Origin: Rhodospirillaceae bacterium
Lineage (GTDB): Bacteria > Pseudomonadota > Gammaproteobacteria > Steroidobacterales > Rariloculaceae
DNA length: 64,000 nt
NCBI GenBank assembly: GCA_002718345.1
Contig: PBDA01000031.1
Location: 17,260-81,259, forward strand
Direction: 5' to 3'
Shown in pieces: positions 1-8,618 of this stretch. The position numbers and the translations under genes are program-made. The notes under the pieces were generated by a model. That model was not told the DNA's origin, did no database searches, and saw only the letters and a list, made by a program, of their open reading frames with translations. The stretch's first letter is position 1, and every line of letters starts with the position of its first letter.

Positions 1-719
1 GCATCATCCCAACTAACCGTGCGATCTAACTCATCGTTAAAAAAGCTAACCAATGTTGTTACATCACCTTTTACGCGATCTTTTACATTAGAAAGCTCAA
101 GTGGAGGATGAGTAAAATAATTCCAGACCCATCTAGGATGCATTGCAAAATTAAACAGGCTTGAAAGAGTTAATTGCGGGGGAATTGTCATACCGGTAAC
201 CAAGTCTCTCTCACGATTTCCTGCTATTGGAACATCAACAGTTAACGCCAAGGCGTCGTAACCTGATTCTTTACATCGTTGAATAAACTCACGATTAAGC
301 CCTCGGTCCTTAAATACATAAATCTGAAAAAGCTTTGGTCCATCTGTGGCCTCTGCTACTTCTTCAATGCTAGCTGTTGATATTGACGACAGTGAATACA
401 TTGTTCCTGCTCTATTTGCTGCCCTTGCAACACCCGTTTCACCATGATGATGAAAAAGCCTACCCATTGCAGTTGGAGCACAAAAGAAAGGCATACTAAT
501 TTCACGGCCAAATACAGTTGTAGTCAGATCTATTTCACTTACATCAACTAAAAAACGAGGAACGAGTTCATATCGGTCAAAAGCATCAGTATTCTGCCGC
601 ATAGTCCATTCGTCACCAGCAGCCCCATCAATATAATGAAACATTGGTGCTGGTAAACGACGTGATGCACGCTCTCTAAGACGTGCGATGTTATAACAAC
701 GTTCAAGTGCTCGACTCAT
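1..719 (-). CDS. FMN-dependent alpha-hydroxy-acid dehydrogenase (L-lactate dehydrogenase/glycolate oxidase family), N-terminal part; C-terminus lies outside the window
   Basis: Not in the ORF track because it runs off the window edge. My own translation from the ATG at complement(717..719) gives MSRALERCYNIARLRERASRRLPAPMFHYIDGAAGDEWTMRQN...PTAMGRLFHHHGETGVARAA...LFQIYVFKDRG...ALALTVDVPIAGNRERD. These are typical LldD/GOX family motifs. It starts 5 nt after the fdsD stop. Confidence 0.75.
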   Translation of the reverse strand, partial: MSRALERCYNIARLRERASRRLPAPMFHYIDGAAGDEWTMRQNTDAFDRYELVPRFLVDVSEIDLTTTVFGREISMPFFCAPTAMGRLFHHHGETGVARAANRAGTMYSLSSISTASIEEVAEATDGPKLFQIYVFKDRGLNREFIQRCKESGYDALALTVDVPIAGNRERDLVTGMTIPPQLTLSSLFNFAMHPRWVWNYFTHPPLELSNVKDRVKGDVTTLVSFFNDELDRTVSWDD

Positions 720-724
720 ATTTA

Positions 725-955
725 CTACTCCGCGTCCCGGCGCTCTTCAATAAGTTGTTCTAATGCCTGTTTAGCAACTGTGGATAGTTTCGCTTCCCCC
801 GTAGACATATATTCAGCAATTTCATCCAACATGAGTGGACTCCAAAAACGTCGCAAATGATCTAGTACTCCTGCAACGGCTTTACTTTTATCAGGCCCGT
901 AATCCCAATTATCTGCAATTTGATTGGCCATTTTGACCATTTTCTTTGGTTCCAT
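725..955 (-). CDS. fdsD: Formate dehydrogenase delta subunit
   Basis: 76 aa. The motif MANQIADNW...AVAGVLDHLRRFWSPLM resembles FdsD. It lies immediately downstream of fdsA. Confidence 0.75.
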   Translation of the reverse strand: MEPKKMVKMANQIADNWDYGPDKSKAVAGVLDHLRRFWSPLMLDEIAEYMSTGEAKLSTVAKQALEQLIEERRDAE

Positions 956-967
956 TGCGGTCTAAGT

Positions 968-3841
968 TTAAACGACTTGAGCTGAAGCTTTAGCCTTATG
1001 CAGAAGTTCCAACTGCTCTTTGGTAAATTCTTCAAACTCTTGTTGCCAATCTGATAGCTGCGCAACCTTATATGCTTGAACAGCTGTGACTTTGAATTCT
1101 GGACAGTTTGTGGCCCAATCTGAATTATCAGTAGTCACTACGTTTGCACCAGACTCTGGGTGATGAAAAGTTGTATAAATCACTCCTGGTTGAACGCGCT
1201 CTGTAATATTTGCTCTTAAAACAGTATCACCAGCGCGACTCTTTAGACCAACCCAATCACCCTGCTCAATACCTCGTTGCTCAGCATCGTGCGGATGAAT
1301 TTCAACTGTATCCTCATCATGCCATGTCATGTTTTTAGTTCGACGAGTCTGTGCTCCTACATTGTACTGGCTCAATATTCTTCCAGTTGTGAGAATCAAT
1401 GGGTATTTTCTGGTTGTTCGCTCATCAGTAGCCACGTAGGGCGTTACCCGGAATAACCCCTTACCTCTAACAAACTCTTCCACATGCATGGTAGGAGTAC
1501 CTTCAACCGCCTCATCATTACAAGGCCATTGAATTGCCCCTAACTTATCAAGCTTTTCGTAGCTCACGCCCTTAAAAGTGGGTGTGAGTCTAGCTATCTC
1601 ATCCATAATTTCACTTGGATGTTGATAATTCATAGGATAGCCCATAGCATTTGCCAACATCTGAGTGACTTCCCAGTCTTCATAACCTGCCAGTGGATCC
1701 ATTGCTTTTCGGACCGGAGAAATTCTTCGTTCGGCATTAGTGAATGTTCCATTTTTTTCTAGAAATGAAGAACCAGGGAGAAACACATGAGCAAACTTCG
1801 CAGTCTCATTTAGAAAAAGATCTTGCACAATCATGCATTCCAATGAAGAAAGCGCAGCAGTAACATGGTGAGTGTCCGGGTCAGATTGTGCTACATCTTC
1901 ACCCTGTACATACATACCTTTGAATTGCCCGGCAATAGCAGCATCAAACATATTAGGTATACGAAATCCTGGCTCTGCCATTAACTTCACACCCCACTCA
2001 TTCTCAAATAATGTTCGTGTAAGTTCATCAGAAATGTGGCGATATCCCGGAAGCTCATGAGGGAAAGACCCCATATCGCATGCCCCTTGCACATTATTTT
2101 GACCACGTAATGGATTAACACCGACACCCTCACGCCCCAGATTACCTGTTGCCATTGCTAGATTTGCAATGCCCATGACCATGGTTGAACCTTGGCCGTG
2201 TTCTGTGACTCCTAATCCATAATAAATTGCCCCGTTTGGCGCAGATGCATAAAGCCGTGCTGCAGCCCTGACATCGCCACTGGGCACGCCCGTCACAGAC
2301 TCCATGGATTCCGGTGAATTAATATCATCTAAGATGAAATTTCTCCAATCCTCATATGCATCCTTTTCACAACGATCTTCTATATATGATTTAGACTCTA
2401 AGCCCTCGGAAAGCACAACATGCGCCATTGCATTTATGAGGGCAACGTTTGTGCCAGGCTTTAACTGCAAATGGTAATCTGCAGCTACATGAGGTGATCT
2501 AACAAGATCAATACCTCTAGGATCTACAACAATCAACTTCGCGCCTTCACGTAAACGTCGTTTCATCTGCGACCCAAAAACAGGATGAGCTTCAGTTGGA
2601 TTTGCGCCTATCACTATTATTGCATCAGACTTTAGGACAGAATCAAATGCCTGCGTCCCCGCTGACTCGCCTAAAGTTGATTTCAATCCATAACCAGTTG
2701 GGGAGTGGCATACCCGCGCACATGTATCGACATTATTATTTCCAAAGCCAGCCCGCACTAATTTTTGTACTAAGTATGTCTCTTCGTTTGAGCAACGTGA
2801 TGAAGTGATTCCGCCGATAGAACCTGAACCATATTTGGTTTGTATGCCCTTCAATTTAGCTGCAGAAAATGAAATTGCTTCTTCCCAAGAAACCTCCTTC
2901 CAAGGATTGTGAATCGAATCTCTAATCATAGGTTTAGTAATCCGATCCTTATGTGTTGCATAGCCAAATGCAAATCTCCCTTTAACACAAGAATGGCCAT
3001 GATTAGCTTTACCGTCCTTGTTTGGAATCATCCGCACAACTTCTTGGCCCTTCATCTCAGCCCTGAAAGAACATCCAACACCGCAGTACGCACATGTAGT
3101 TATCACGGTATGTTCAGGCTGTCCTTTACTGATGAGGGAATTTTCTGTCAAAGTAGCTGTGGGACAAGCTTGAACACAAGCCCCACAAGATACACATTCT
3201 GAATCAAGAAATGGCTGATCCTGACTAGCTGCAACCTTTGACTCAAACCCCCGACCATCGATTGTCAGCGCAAAGGTGCCTTGAACCTCTTCACAAGCTC
3301 TTACACACCTTGAGCAAACAATGCATTTGCTAGGGTCAAATGTGAAATAAGGGTTGCTTTTATCTTTTTCAGCATCTAGATGATTCTCACCTGCGTAACC
3401 GTAGCGAACATCACGAAGCCCAACCGCTCCTGCCATATCTTGGAGTTCACAATCACCATTTGTAGGGCAAGTTAAACAATCGAGCGGATGATCTGAAATA
3501 TATAACTCCATGACATTACGACGCACATCTGCAAGCCGATCGTTCTGAGTTGTTACCTTCATCCCCTCAGAAACCTCTGTCGTGCATGAAGCTGGAAGCC
3601 CTTTTGCCCCTTCAATTTGAACAAGACAAAGCCGGCAGGAACCAAAAGCCTCAAGACTATCAGTGGCACAAAGTCTTGGAATATTAATACCAGCAAGCGC
3701 AGCCGCTCTAATGACTTTTGTACCCTCGGGCACCGAGATTTCTTTTCCATCTACTGTGAGCGAAACAGAATTACCCGATGTAACATCCGGTGTCCCCAAA
3801 TCTAGCGGCCGTTGGTAACGTGCATAGCTGTCACTCATCAC
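968..3841 (-). CDS. fdsA: NAD-dependent formate dehydrogenase alpha subunit (Mo/W-bis-MGD, Fe-S)
   Basis: 957 aa. It has an N-terminal 2Fe-2S and 4Fe-4S Cys clusters (CRLCLV, CIVCSRCVRAC, CVSCGACVQACP, CAYCGVGC) and a molybdopterin oxidoreductase body. The active-site region is ARVCHSPT, a Cys ligand rather than Sec. Confidence 0.95.
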   Translation of the reverse strand: MMSDSYARYQRPLDLGTPDVTSGNSVSLTVDGKEISVPEGTKVIRAAALAGINIPRLCATDSLEAFGSCRLCLVQIEGAKGLPASCTTEVSEGMKVTTQNDRLADVRRNVMELYISDHPLDCLTCPTNGDCELQDMAGAVGLRDVRYGYAGENHLDAEKDKSNPYFTFDPSKCIVCSRCVRACEEVQGTFALTIDGRGFESKVAASQDQPFLDSECVSCGACVQACPTATLTENSLISKGQPEHTVITTCAYCGVGCSFRAEMKGQEVVRMIPNKDGKANHGHSCVKGRFAFGYATHKDRITKPMIRDSIHNPWKEVSWEEAISFSAAKLKGIQTKYGSGSIGGITSSRCSNEETYLVQKLVRAGFGNNNVDTCARVCHSPTGYGLKSTLGESAGTQAFDSVLKSDAIIVIGANPTEAHPVFGSQMKRRLREGAKLIVVDPRGIDLVRSPHVAADYHLQLKPGTNVALINAMAHVVLSEGLESKSYIEDRCEKDAYEDWRNFILDDINSPESMESVTGVPSGDVRAAARLYASAPNGAIYYGLGVTEHGQGSTMVMGIANLAMATGNLGREGVGVNPLRGQNNVQGACDMGSFPHELPGYRHISDELTRTLFENEWGVKLMAEPGFRIPNMFDAAIAGQFKGMYVQGEDVAQSDPDTHHVTAALSSLECMIVQDLFLNETAKFAHVFLPGSSFLEKNGTFTNAERRISPVRKAMDPLAGYEDWEVTQMLANAMGYPMNYQHPSEIMDEIARLTPTFKGVSYEKLDKLGAIQWPCNDEAVEGTPTMHVEEFVRGKGLFRVTPYVATDERTTRKYPLILTTGRILSQYNVGAQTRRTKNMTWHDEDTVEIHPHDAEQRGIEQGDWVGLKSRAGDTVLRANITERVQPGVIYTTFHHPESGANVVTTDNSDWATNCPEFKVTAVQAYKVAQLSDWQQEFEEFTKEQLELLHKAKASAQVV

Positions 3842-3866
3842 TTAGCTCCATTTATCCCTATTACAT

Positions 3867-5414
3867 CTATTTTCGCGCCCGTAAATCCTCTGGAAAATGC
3901 TTTATAACGCTCTGCACTGGGAAAGGTGCCATTCCACCCAAAGCGCACAAAGAACCTGCGATCATCGTATCGCACAATTCGCTCAACAATACCAAGTTAC
4001 CAGATTCATCGATACCATCTAATATTCGGTCAATAACCTCAACACCCCGAACAGCACCAATTCTACAGGGTGTGCATTTTCCACAAGATTCTACAGCACA
4101 AAACTCCATAGCGAACCGGGCTTGCTCGGCCATATCTACCGTGTCGTCAAAAACTACAAGCCCACCATGCCCTATCATAGCCCCAAACTCTGCAAAAGCC
4201 TCATAATCAAGTGGCGCGTCAAACTGCGATGGATGAACATATGCTCCTAATGGTCCGCCTGCCTGAACTGCTCGAATTGGCCTGCCAGTGGCTGTGCCAC
4301 CACCAAAATCCTCAAGTAGCTCTCTTAAAGTTTTCCCAAAGCCGATCTCCACTAGCCCACCCCTTTTAATGTTCCCTGCAAGCTGTACAGTAAGTGTTCC
4401 TCTAGAGCGCCCTGACCCATACTCTTTATAGTGTTGAGCTCCCTTAGCAAGAATTATGGGTACTGTTGCAAGTGTAATTACATTGTTGACTATAGTCGGT
4501 GAACCAAATAACCCCTTTATTGCCGGCAAAGGGGGACGGTAACGGATAATCCCTCGCTTCCCTTCCAAGCTTTCAAGCATGGATGTTTCCTCTCCACATA
4601 TATAGGCGCCTGCTGCCTCACGTACTTCGAGATTGAAAGTCTTACCACTACCCATAACATCGTCGCCAAGCAACCCTTCTGATTTCGCAATCTGAATAGC
4701 CGAATTCATAACCTGAATTGCTAACGGATATTCGGTACGCAAATATATATAACCTTGAGTGGCCTTAACTGCTAAACCGGCGATTGTCATCCCCTCGATA
4801 AGAACAAAAGGATCACTTTCCATTATTAGTCGATCTGCGAAAGTGCCTGAGTCTCCTTCATCTGCATTACACGTCACATATTTTTGTTCTCCATCAGCTC
4901 TTAACACAGTGTGCCACTTGATTCCTGTGGGAAAGGCGGCACCACCTCGGCCTCTGAGTCCAGATTCAGTAACAACATCAACAATCTCTTCGCAACTCAT
5001 TTCAAGTGCATTTCTAAGACCCTCATAACCACCATGTTTTTGGTAAGCATTCAGAGAAAGAGGGTCTATTATTCCTACACGAGAAAACGTAAGCCGACTC
5101 TGATTAGAAAGATAAGAAAGCTGCTCGGTTGGGCCAAGGCCTTTAGGATGTTTACCCCCTTCAAGGAACCCTACTGCAAATAGACCTTCCACATCATCTT
5201 TTGATATAGGCCCATATGCATGCCTTTTCCCATCTACTTCGACCTCAACTAACGGCTCTAACCAGGCAAGTCCTCGTGATCCATTACGAACGATGGCTAC
5301 AGATTTTCCTAAATCAAGAGCAACTTTCTCAATAGATAGCGCCACATCCTCTGAGCCCAGAGAGCGTGCAGCAGTATCACTAGGAACAAACACATTAACT
5401 TTACCTTTGCTCAT
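3867..5414 (-). CDS. fdsB: Formate dehydrogenase beta subunit (NuoF-like, FMN/NAD-binding, 4Fe-4S)
   Basis: 515 aa. NuoF-like motifs are present: GLRGRGGAAFPTG, NADEGDSGTF and ESCGKCTPCR. Confidence 0.93.
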   Translation of the reverse strand: MSKGKVNVFVPSDTAARSLGSEDVALSIEKVALDLGKSVAIVRNGSRGLAWLEPLVEVEVDGKRHAYGPISKDDVEGLFAVGFLEGGKHPKGLGPTEQLSYLSNQSRLTFSRVGIIDPLSLNAYQKHGGYEGLRNALEMSCEEIVDVVTESGLRGRGGAAFPTGIKWHTVLRADGEQKYVTCNADEGDSGTFADRLIMESDPFVLIEGMTIAGLAVKATQGYIYLRTEYPLAIQVMNSAIQIAKSEGLLGDDVMGSGKTFNLEVREAAGAYICGEETSMLESLEGKRGIIRYRPPLPAIKGLFGSPTIVNNVITLATVPIILAKGAQHYKEYGSGRSRGTLTVQLAGNIKRGGLVEIGFGKTLRELLEDFGGGTATGRPIRAVQAGGPLGAYVHPSQFDAPLDYEAFAEFGAMIGHGGLVVFDDTVDMAEQARFAMEFCAVESCGKCTPCRIGAVRGVEVIDRILDGIDESGNLVLLSELCDTMIAGSLCALGGMAPFPVQSVIKHFPEDLRARK

Positions 5415-5417
5415 TCA

Positions 5418-5900
5418 CTAATCCTCATCTATTAGCGAATCAAATCGCTCGGGAGTAACTCGTCCGTACACAAAATCATCAATCATCACCGCTGGTGAAC
5501 ATGCGCAATTACCAAGGCAATAGACAGGTTCTAAACTGAAACGACCATCAGAAGTTGTCTCATGGAAATCTACACCAAGTTTTTCTTTGGCATATTCTTC
5601 AAGCTTTCTAGCTCCCATTGCCTGGCACGCTTCTGCTCTGCAGAGATACAAAGTCTGTTTGCCTGGAGGCGCATCTCTAAAAAAATGGTAAAACGTTATG
5701 ACACCATGTATTTCTGCGCGCGATAAATTAAGGACTTCAGCAATGACTGGAACAGCAACATTCGGGATATAACCAAGTTCGTCCTGTACCGAATGTAAAA
5801 TTGGAAGCAATGGCCCTTGTCGAGAGGCATGCCTCTCGGCTATTTCACGAACTAGCGGAATACAAGAATCTTGTCCATTTTTGGATAACTGCTTATTCAA
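5418..5900 (-). CDS. fdsG: Formate dehydrogenase gamma subunit (NuoE-like 2Fe-2S)
   Basis: 160 aa with the NuoE-like Cys pattern (LCRAEACQ...CLGNCACSP). It is the first gene of the fdsGBAD string. Confidence 0.9.
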   Translation of the reverse strand: MNKQLSKNGQDSCIPLVREIAERHASRQGPLLPILHSVQDELGYIPNVAVPVIAEVLNLSRAEIHGVITFYHFFRDAPPGKQTLYLCRAEACQAMGARKLEEYAKEKLGVDFHETTSDGRFSLEPVYCLGNCACSPAVMIDDFVYGRVTPERFDSLIDED

Positions 5901-6015
5901 AACCTAACACCAATACCCTAGTAGACTAGTTATTCTATCAGCTGAACAGAAATTTATAGCTAGAAATTATTTTAAAACAGCATGTTAGTGCGCATTAAAG
6001 AGATAAGGTAAATGA

Positions 6016-6387
6016 TTATTTGGCCTTTCTTGGATTTGGAAACAAGTCAGCTTCCTCCTCGCTCTTACGCGGAACAAGACACGCGAAATCCTTTTCAATA
6101 AGAATTGTCAAAACACCTCCATTTTCTAGCTGCTGTTCTCCCTTAACTGAAATCTCACTGGGATCATTCCAAGTTTCGATGGATGATTTTGGTAAAAGCA
6201 CAGAAATCTTACTTTCTTTATAAGACGCGCTCACTTCACCATAAGTAATTACTTTCACTGCGTAATCCAAACGCTGGCCCGGTGCAAACTCCACCGAATC
6301 CTCAACAAAGCCCAAATCCATAATTTGGATCATTTCAGATTGTGATACTCGGATACGAACCGAATTACCGCGAATACGAAGTTTCAT
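6016..6387 (-). CDS. Conserved hypothetical protein
   Basis: 123 aa. The N-terminus MKLRIRGNSVRIRVSQSE resembles a widespread small hypothetical family, and I recognise no catalytic motif. It is a clean ORF with its own intergenic flanks. Confidence 0.55.
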   Translation of the reverse strand: MKLRIRGNSVRIRVSQSEMIQIMDLGFVEDSVEFAPGQRLDYAVKVITYGEVSASYKESKISVLLPKSSIETWNDPSEISVKGEQQLENGGVLTILIEKDFACLVPRKSEEEADLFPNPRKAK

Positions 6388-6588
6388 GCCGATTCCTTAC
6401 ATATGTGCACTCAAATATTAGCCTAGCCAGGCAAAACTATCTAAACCATCTGGTCTATTTCTTTTAAATTTCTAGTTGACTTTCATCTGTAATGAGGTGA
6501 TTAGTAAACTGTTGTCATATAATCAACACAACCGAAAGCGGGGACCAATCAGGGTCCTTCTCGGAAAATATCACCTAAGGTACGTTGC

Positions 6589-8052
6589 ATGAAAAAACTT
6601 GTAGGCATTAGCGGGTTATCAGTCTACGTACCCCCCTACCGAGTAAATTTGAAAGACTGGTGTGAATGGACAAATTCTCCGTGGGATAAAACTAGTTCTG
6701 TTGTTGGTCACAGTTTTCGTATGCGCGGGCCTCACCAAAGCGTTTACACAATGGCTGCTACTGCCGTGATGAGATTAATATCAAATTACGATATAGACCC
6801 ACAAAAAGTAGGTTTTTTAGGTCTTGGTACTGAATCTAGCACTGACAATTCTGCCGGTGCTGTAATCGTAAAAGGTATGTTAGATCAAGGACTGAAGAGT
6901 ATGGGATTAATGCCTATTGGGCGACATTGTGAAGTCCCTGAAATCAAACATGCATGCTTAGGCGGAATATATGCTCTAAAACATGCTTTACGTTACCTAG
7001 CACTAGAAGAGGAGGATCGCTGTGCAATTGTGGTCAGTGCAGACATTGCAGAATATGCCCGCGGTAGCTCAGGGGAACCCACCCAAGGTGCTGGAGCGGT
7101 GGCAATGTTATTGGAAAATAATCCCAAGATGCTATCTATAGACTTAAAGTCTATTGGTAGCGCTTCTTCTTATCGTGCTGTTGATTTTAGAAAACCTGTA
7201 TTACGTAACATCATCCGAGGCACTTTGAATTGTCACTTCCAAGACTTGCCCGTCTTTAATGGCAAATACTCCACAACATGTTATCTAGATGAAACACTAC
7301 ATGCTCTTAATGACATGCTGAGGCGTTTAAGAGCAAACCCTAACGACTACTACCAGAGCTTGACAGCGGCCTTTATGCACCGCCCCTACCACAAAATGCC
7401 TCTTGATTCTTTCGCAATAAGTTATCTTTTTGGGCTTGCAAACGATGAATCTAATGGTTTTTCAGAATTAGAAGCTCATTGCAGGCAAGCTAATCTTGAC
7501 CCAGAAAAGGTAATTAGCGAAATGAAGTCTTCTCCTGATGTATTGCAGCTCGTAAGAGATGGCAATATCGATGATGATGTATATCCTTTAAGCATCAAGC
7601 TTTTAAAAGAATTTCGGAACAGTAATATTTTCAAGAAACTAATTTCGTCTAAGATGTCGCTTGGATTAGAGCCCATGAAAGATATAGGTAATGTTTATTG
7701 TGCAGCACTCCCTGCATGGATTGCAGCTGGACTAGAGGAAGCAGCGCAGCGGGGGAACGAGCTAACCAATAGCAATATCCTAGCAGTTGGCTACGGTAGC
7801 GGAGATGCTGCTGAGTCAATTCCTATGAAATTAGTAAAAGGCTGGGAATCTTCTGCGCTAAAAATTGGTTTTAAAGAAGCCCTGATGTCATTTCAAACTC
7901 TGACACAACTGCAATATGAAAACCTTCATGATACTGGGCTTGCAAAAGGACTGACAGAGCCCCAGGAAGGCTTCATAATTGACTCTGTAGGCCAAAACTC
8001 TAACCCTGGTTTTAGTGACGAGGGAATCGAATACTACCGATTTGTTGGTTGA
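6589..8052 (+). CDS. mvaS: Hydroxymethylglutaryl-CoA synthase (long, eukaryote-like form)
   Basis: 487 aa with thiolase-fold HMGS motifs: GLGTESSTDNSAG, catalytic Cys context KHACLGGIYAL, GAGAVAMLLE and FNGKYSTTCYL. Confidence 0.88.
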   Translation: MKKLVGISGLSVYVPPYRVNLKDWCEWTNSPWDKTSSVVGHSFRMRGPHQSVYTMAATAVMRLISNYDIDPQKVGFLGLGTESSTDNSAGAVIVKGMLDQGLKSMGLMPIGRHCEVPEIKHACLGGIYALKHALRYLALEEEDRCAIVVSADIAEYARGSSGEPTQGAGAVAMLLENNPKMLSIDLKSIGSASSYRAVDFRKPVLRNIIRGTLNCHFQDLPVFNGKYSTTCYLDETLHALNDMLRRLRANPNDYYQSLTAAFMHRPYHKMPLDSFAISYLFGLANDESNGFSELEAHCRQANLDPEKVISEMKSSPDVLQLVRDGNIDDDVYPLSIKLLKEFRNSNIFKKLISSKMSLGLEPMKDIGNVYCAALPAWIAAGLEEAAQRGNELTNSNILAVGYGSGDAAESIPMKLVKGWESSALKIGFKEALMSFQTLTQLQYENLHDTGLAKGLTEPQEGFIIDSVGQNSNPGFSDEGIEYYRFVG

Positions 8053-8618
8053 GAAGAAGACAAGAACACCTCTAAGTAATTCTTACTAAGATCAGCCCAT
8101 TCCATCTTAAACCAGGGAGTAAATTTTTCTGGTGATGCTGCTAGCTGAGTTTCCAAGTCCTTTAAACTCAAAAATTTCCAGTCAGAAATTTCATTACGGT
8201 TGATATTTAGTTCACCGTCATACCTACCGTGATAAACCCAACAATATTCATTCTCAGCACCTATATCTTCATAGTGTGCTTGATACTTAAATTTATACAA
8301 AAATGTTAATGGGCATTGGAAACCTAGCTCTTGATCGATGCGTCTGTATATTGCATCATCCATCGTTTCTCCTGCGCGAGGATGAGAACAACAGGCATTA
8401 GACCAATAACCAGGCCATAATAATTTCTCGCTACTTCTTTTTTGGATCAATACCTCATCATTTTTATTGGAAATAAATACAGAAAATGCGCGATGTAATT
8501 GTCCATCGCCTTCATGACATTCTTTTTTTGTGCAATAACCAACCTCACGATCTAATTCATCGACAAGAATAAGATTCTCAGAGGCATCAGAAACTATATT
8601 ACTAACTACCATTAACAC
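8034..8618 (-). CDS. idi: Isopentenyl-diphosphate delta-isomerase, type 1 (Nudix)
   Basis: 194 aa. Motifs are LHRAFSVFI, LIQKRSSEKLLWPGYWSNACCSHP and the ENEYCWVY Glu region. Its 3' end overlaps the mvaS 3' end by 19 nt (convergent). Confidence 0.9.
   Translation of the reverse strand: MLMVVSNIVSDASENLILVDELDREVGYCTKKECHEGDGQLHRAFSVFISNKNDEVLIQKRSSEKLLWPGYWSNACCSHPRAGETMDDAIYRRIDQELGFQCPLTFLYKFKYQAHYEDIGAENEYCWVYHGRYDGELNINRNEISDWKFLSLKDLETQLAASPEKFTPWFKMEWADLSKNYLEVFLSSSQPTNR

Noticed and set aside
968-3841. Possible selenocysteine-containing formate dehydrogenase
   Set aside because: The frame is uninterrupted and the Mo-ligand position reads Cys (ARVCHSPT). There is no in-frame TGA.
3790-4206. 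138-aa plus-strand ORF, and many similar 60-120-aa ORFs in the track (for example 862-1065, 12308-12613, 33130-33492, 37816-38181, 59240-59590)
   Set aside because: All are embedded antisense or out of frame within long ORFs that have strong family motifs. They are treated as non-coding shadows.
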